Source: Coniocarpon cinnabarinum
Taxonomy: Eukaryota
DNA: 64,000 bases
Direction of reading: 5' to 3'
NCBI GenBank assembly: GCA_051942205.1
Contig: JAVECO010000122.1
Coordinates: 1-64,000 of the forward strand
Of the stretch, positions 61,681 to 64,000 are shown piece by piece. Every line of letters begins with the position of its first letter. The stretch's first letter is position 1. Both the position numbers and the translations under genes were made by a program. The notes below the pieces were generated by a model that was not told the DNA's origin, did no database searches, and worked only from the letters and a program-made list of their open reading frames with translations.

Positions 61681-63328
61681 AGTATACTAAATTGATACTG
61701 GCACCGCTATCTGAAGGTGTTTTCGAGGTGGGTCAACAGCGACCACACCTGTGTTCAGATCGTGAAACAAAAGTTTTTCATGCATATCAACAAATCTTGA
61801 GCTGAAGGGCGAAGAACTCAAAATCTCTGTGGGTAATTGAAAATGTTTTCTGTCTTATCGTAAGAGGACTGTCACATGTTTTGTACAGCTTTTCGGCCAA
61901 GGCCGAGATTGGTAAGTGGTAATTTCTGGGTTGGGCTCCCCCAAATCGGGACAGCAAAGCGCAATGTCGGTATATGCGCTATTGGTATATGTGATCGGAG
62001 GGGGAGATGACTAAGCGCTCACCTCATCTACGAGCGTAACCTTGCGTTCTTAATTACAGCCTTGCCTCTGTAATCGAGTGACGCATCATGCGACGTCAGC
62101 TGACCATTTTCCACGAGATGATCATCGTGCAAGGACAGTCTCTCTATTCGCACGCTCTCAACACCTTCGACAGCTACCAGGCTCAATACACAGAGAATTT
62201 GGAAACAAGAAGATGAAAGCCCTTCTCAAGCAAGCAAGGGACAAACTTGCGGTACAAACCCCACGCGACACAGGCAGACGGCCATGACGAAGGACTTCGT
62301 GTAGAGCAAGACAAAGACGAGAGAGAAGCGATATTTAATTTATAATCGAACGACGACCAAGTGCGTGTCTTCTTAGCCAGTACAGGTCCACTAGCATCAT
62401 GAACGGCTTTCAGAATAAGGCCTTGTGAGTTAATTTCCCTTTCGTTACCGACCAATCGACTCCACAAGTCAAAGGCCCGCTGACCTCTGAAGAGCGCCGG
62501 ACATCTAATCTGACTGCCGAGAAATTCTGAAGCCATCGCCACAGGAGTCTGGCACGACAGTATATGCCCCAACATAATACAGTGCTCTGTAAGGCACAGA
62601 GCTGGTTCGCCGTCATGCCCATTGCTTAGTGACCAAATATTTCTTTCTGATATGGGCTGTTTCCCTGAAGCCGTGCATCGCTTCATTTCGCAACATTCAG
62701 CAACATTTTTTATCTTGCCGACCTCGACACCGTTAATCCGACGGAGACTCACATCCACACAAACCAAGCGCCATTACAGCGCCGCCCAGCGTAGTTCAAG
62801 CAGGAATGGTTCAAAACCTCGTCCGATTGGACTGTTCGAAAATGGCCGAGGCGACGCCCAATGTGAAGGGCATCGACACCACTGAGCAGATTGTGAAGCT
62901 CATTTAGGTGACTCACCCGTCGGAGCAGCAGCGCCGGACATGCCGCGGTTTCGCGTCCTTTAAAACCACATCTCTTTCAACTGCTCAAACAACGCCCAAA
63001 CCAACGCGGACGTCAAGACCCTCGACATGGCCAACTCATTGATCAAGCAAAATCAATCATACCAAGCGCTGGACGTACGGACTCGTGGGTAGTCAACCAC
63101 TGGCTAGGTAATTCATGTCACGCCGAGATGATTCCAACCAAGGTAGAAGATGTGGACCAGAATCGGCCATGGGTAGTGAAATAGCTTCGAAGACGGTTAA
63201 GGAATGACACTTGAACTTGGGCTTTATGGCCGTAAATTAATGCACAAAGATGTATATAGTACAGTAGTCGACTGTGTAGAGCCTCCCCAAATCTATGAAC
63301 AAAGTCATGAGCAGCGAGACCGAGACCA

Positions 63329-64000
63329 TCACCTTCCCAAGATCCAGTCCGCAAAAGTCCTCTTCTTCGTCTTCGTCTTCTCCTCTCCAGCCTTATGTGC
63401 ATCTTCATCCCAGACCGTTTTCGCACTGTATCCTTTACTTCTTTCGTCTTCGTCCTTCGCTTCGACCTCTTCTCGGTATTTCTTGCCCTCGGCCGTGATG
63501 CGTCGCAGGATGTTTTTGAAATAGTCCATGTCGCGGTCTTTCTTCTTCTCTTCGCCGAGCTCCTTGGATCGGCGCGCCTTGCACATGTTGTACAGTGTCC
63601 AGGCGCGCTTCGGGTTGTCGATGGGGAGAAGCGAATAGCGGATCTCCCAATTGTCCTCGGCAGTGAAGGGGTTGCGAGGGCGGGTGACATATTTGCCGTT
63701 GACGCGGTTTGATATAGTAAGGACGTAGGCGGCGAGGGGACCCGCATCAGGTTCCGGTGAAGCTGCTTGAGAGTCGGAGTTTGAGGTTTGTTCTTTGGAG
63801 GAATCGGCTGTGGCGTTTGCTCCATTGTGGCGCATTGCGTCAGCAATGGATGAACCGGCTATGTCACCCTCTTGGGAGGTTTTTGAATGCTGGCCTGCAG
63901 AGTGCGCCATAAGTTTAGACGTCATGTCTTGCTCGACATTGTCAGCAGCATCCGCAAGGCTACCTTCTTTTGACGGGTTATCTTGCTCAGTGTGTTCCCG
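63329..64000 (-). CDS. PET127: 3' part of a Pet127-like mitochondrial RNA-processing protein (runs off window)
   Basis: LTISNRVNGKYVTRP....DNWEIRY...AWTLYNMCKARR...LRRITAEG resembles, from memory, the C-terminus of filamentous-fungal Pet127; the catalytic domain is not in the window. Confidence 0.65.
   Translation of the reverse strand, partial: REHTEQDNPSKEGSLADAADNVEQDMTSKLMAHSAGQHSKTSQEGDIAGSSIADAMRHNGANATADSSKEQTSNSDSQAASPEPDAGPLAAYVLTISNRVNGKYVTRPRNPFTAEDNWEIRYSLLPIDNPKRAWTLYNMCKARRSKELGEEKKKDRDMDYFKNILRRITAEGKKYREEVEAKDEDERSKGYSAKTVWDEDAHKAGEEKTKTKKRTFADWILGR

Noticed and set aside
62078..62885. Short ORFs between the Zn2Cys6 gene and the PET127-like gene
   Set aside because: Multiple stops in all frames; no recognisable homology.

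Overview
Fungal (Pezizomycotina-type ascomycete) nuclear DNA with short spliceosomal introns. It opens with a ~2.1 kb AT-rich, RIP-mutated transposon relic that abuts a damaged STF2-like gene. A housekeeping block follows (THR1, ADE5,7, RRP36, DHR1, derlin). Between derlin and CBF5 lies a ~21 kb accessory island holding a candidate cryptic terpenoid cluster with no classical terpene synthase, PKS or NRPS: two Fma-TC-like UbiA-type membrane terpene cyclases, two related P450s, two paralogous SAM methyltransferases (one pseudogenised), a dimeric alpha+beta barrel protein and a Pth11/rhodopsin-like membrane protein, plus a CorA-like pseudogene. The right part holds CBF5, NmrA-like, GT71 mannosyltransferase, a C2H2 fungal TF, a single-pass membrane protein, CEM1, an RWD-RBR E3 ligase, a NIF/FCP1-like phosphatase, two tandem orphans sharing an unnamed C-terminal motif (one with a Zn2Cys6 finger) and the 3' end of a PET127-like gene. 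Two MITEs are clearly delimited by TIRs and TSDs. Exon structures were read by eye; family calls come from remembered motifs, not database searches.
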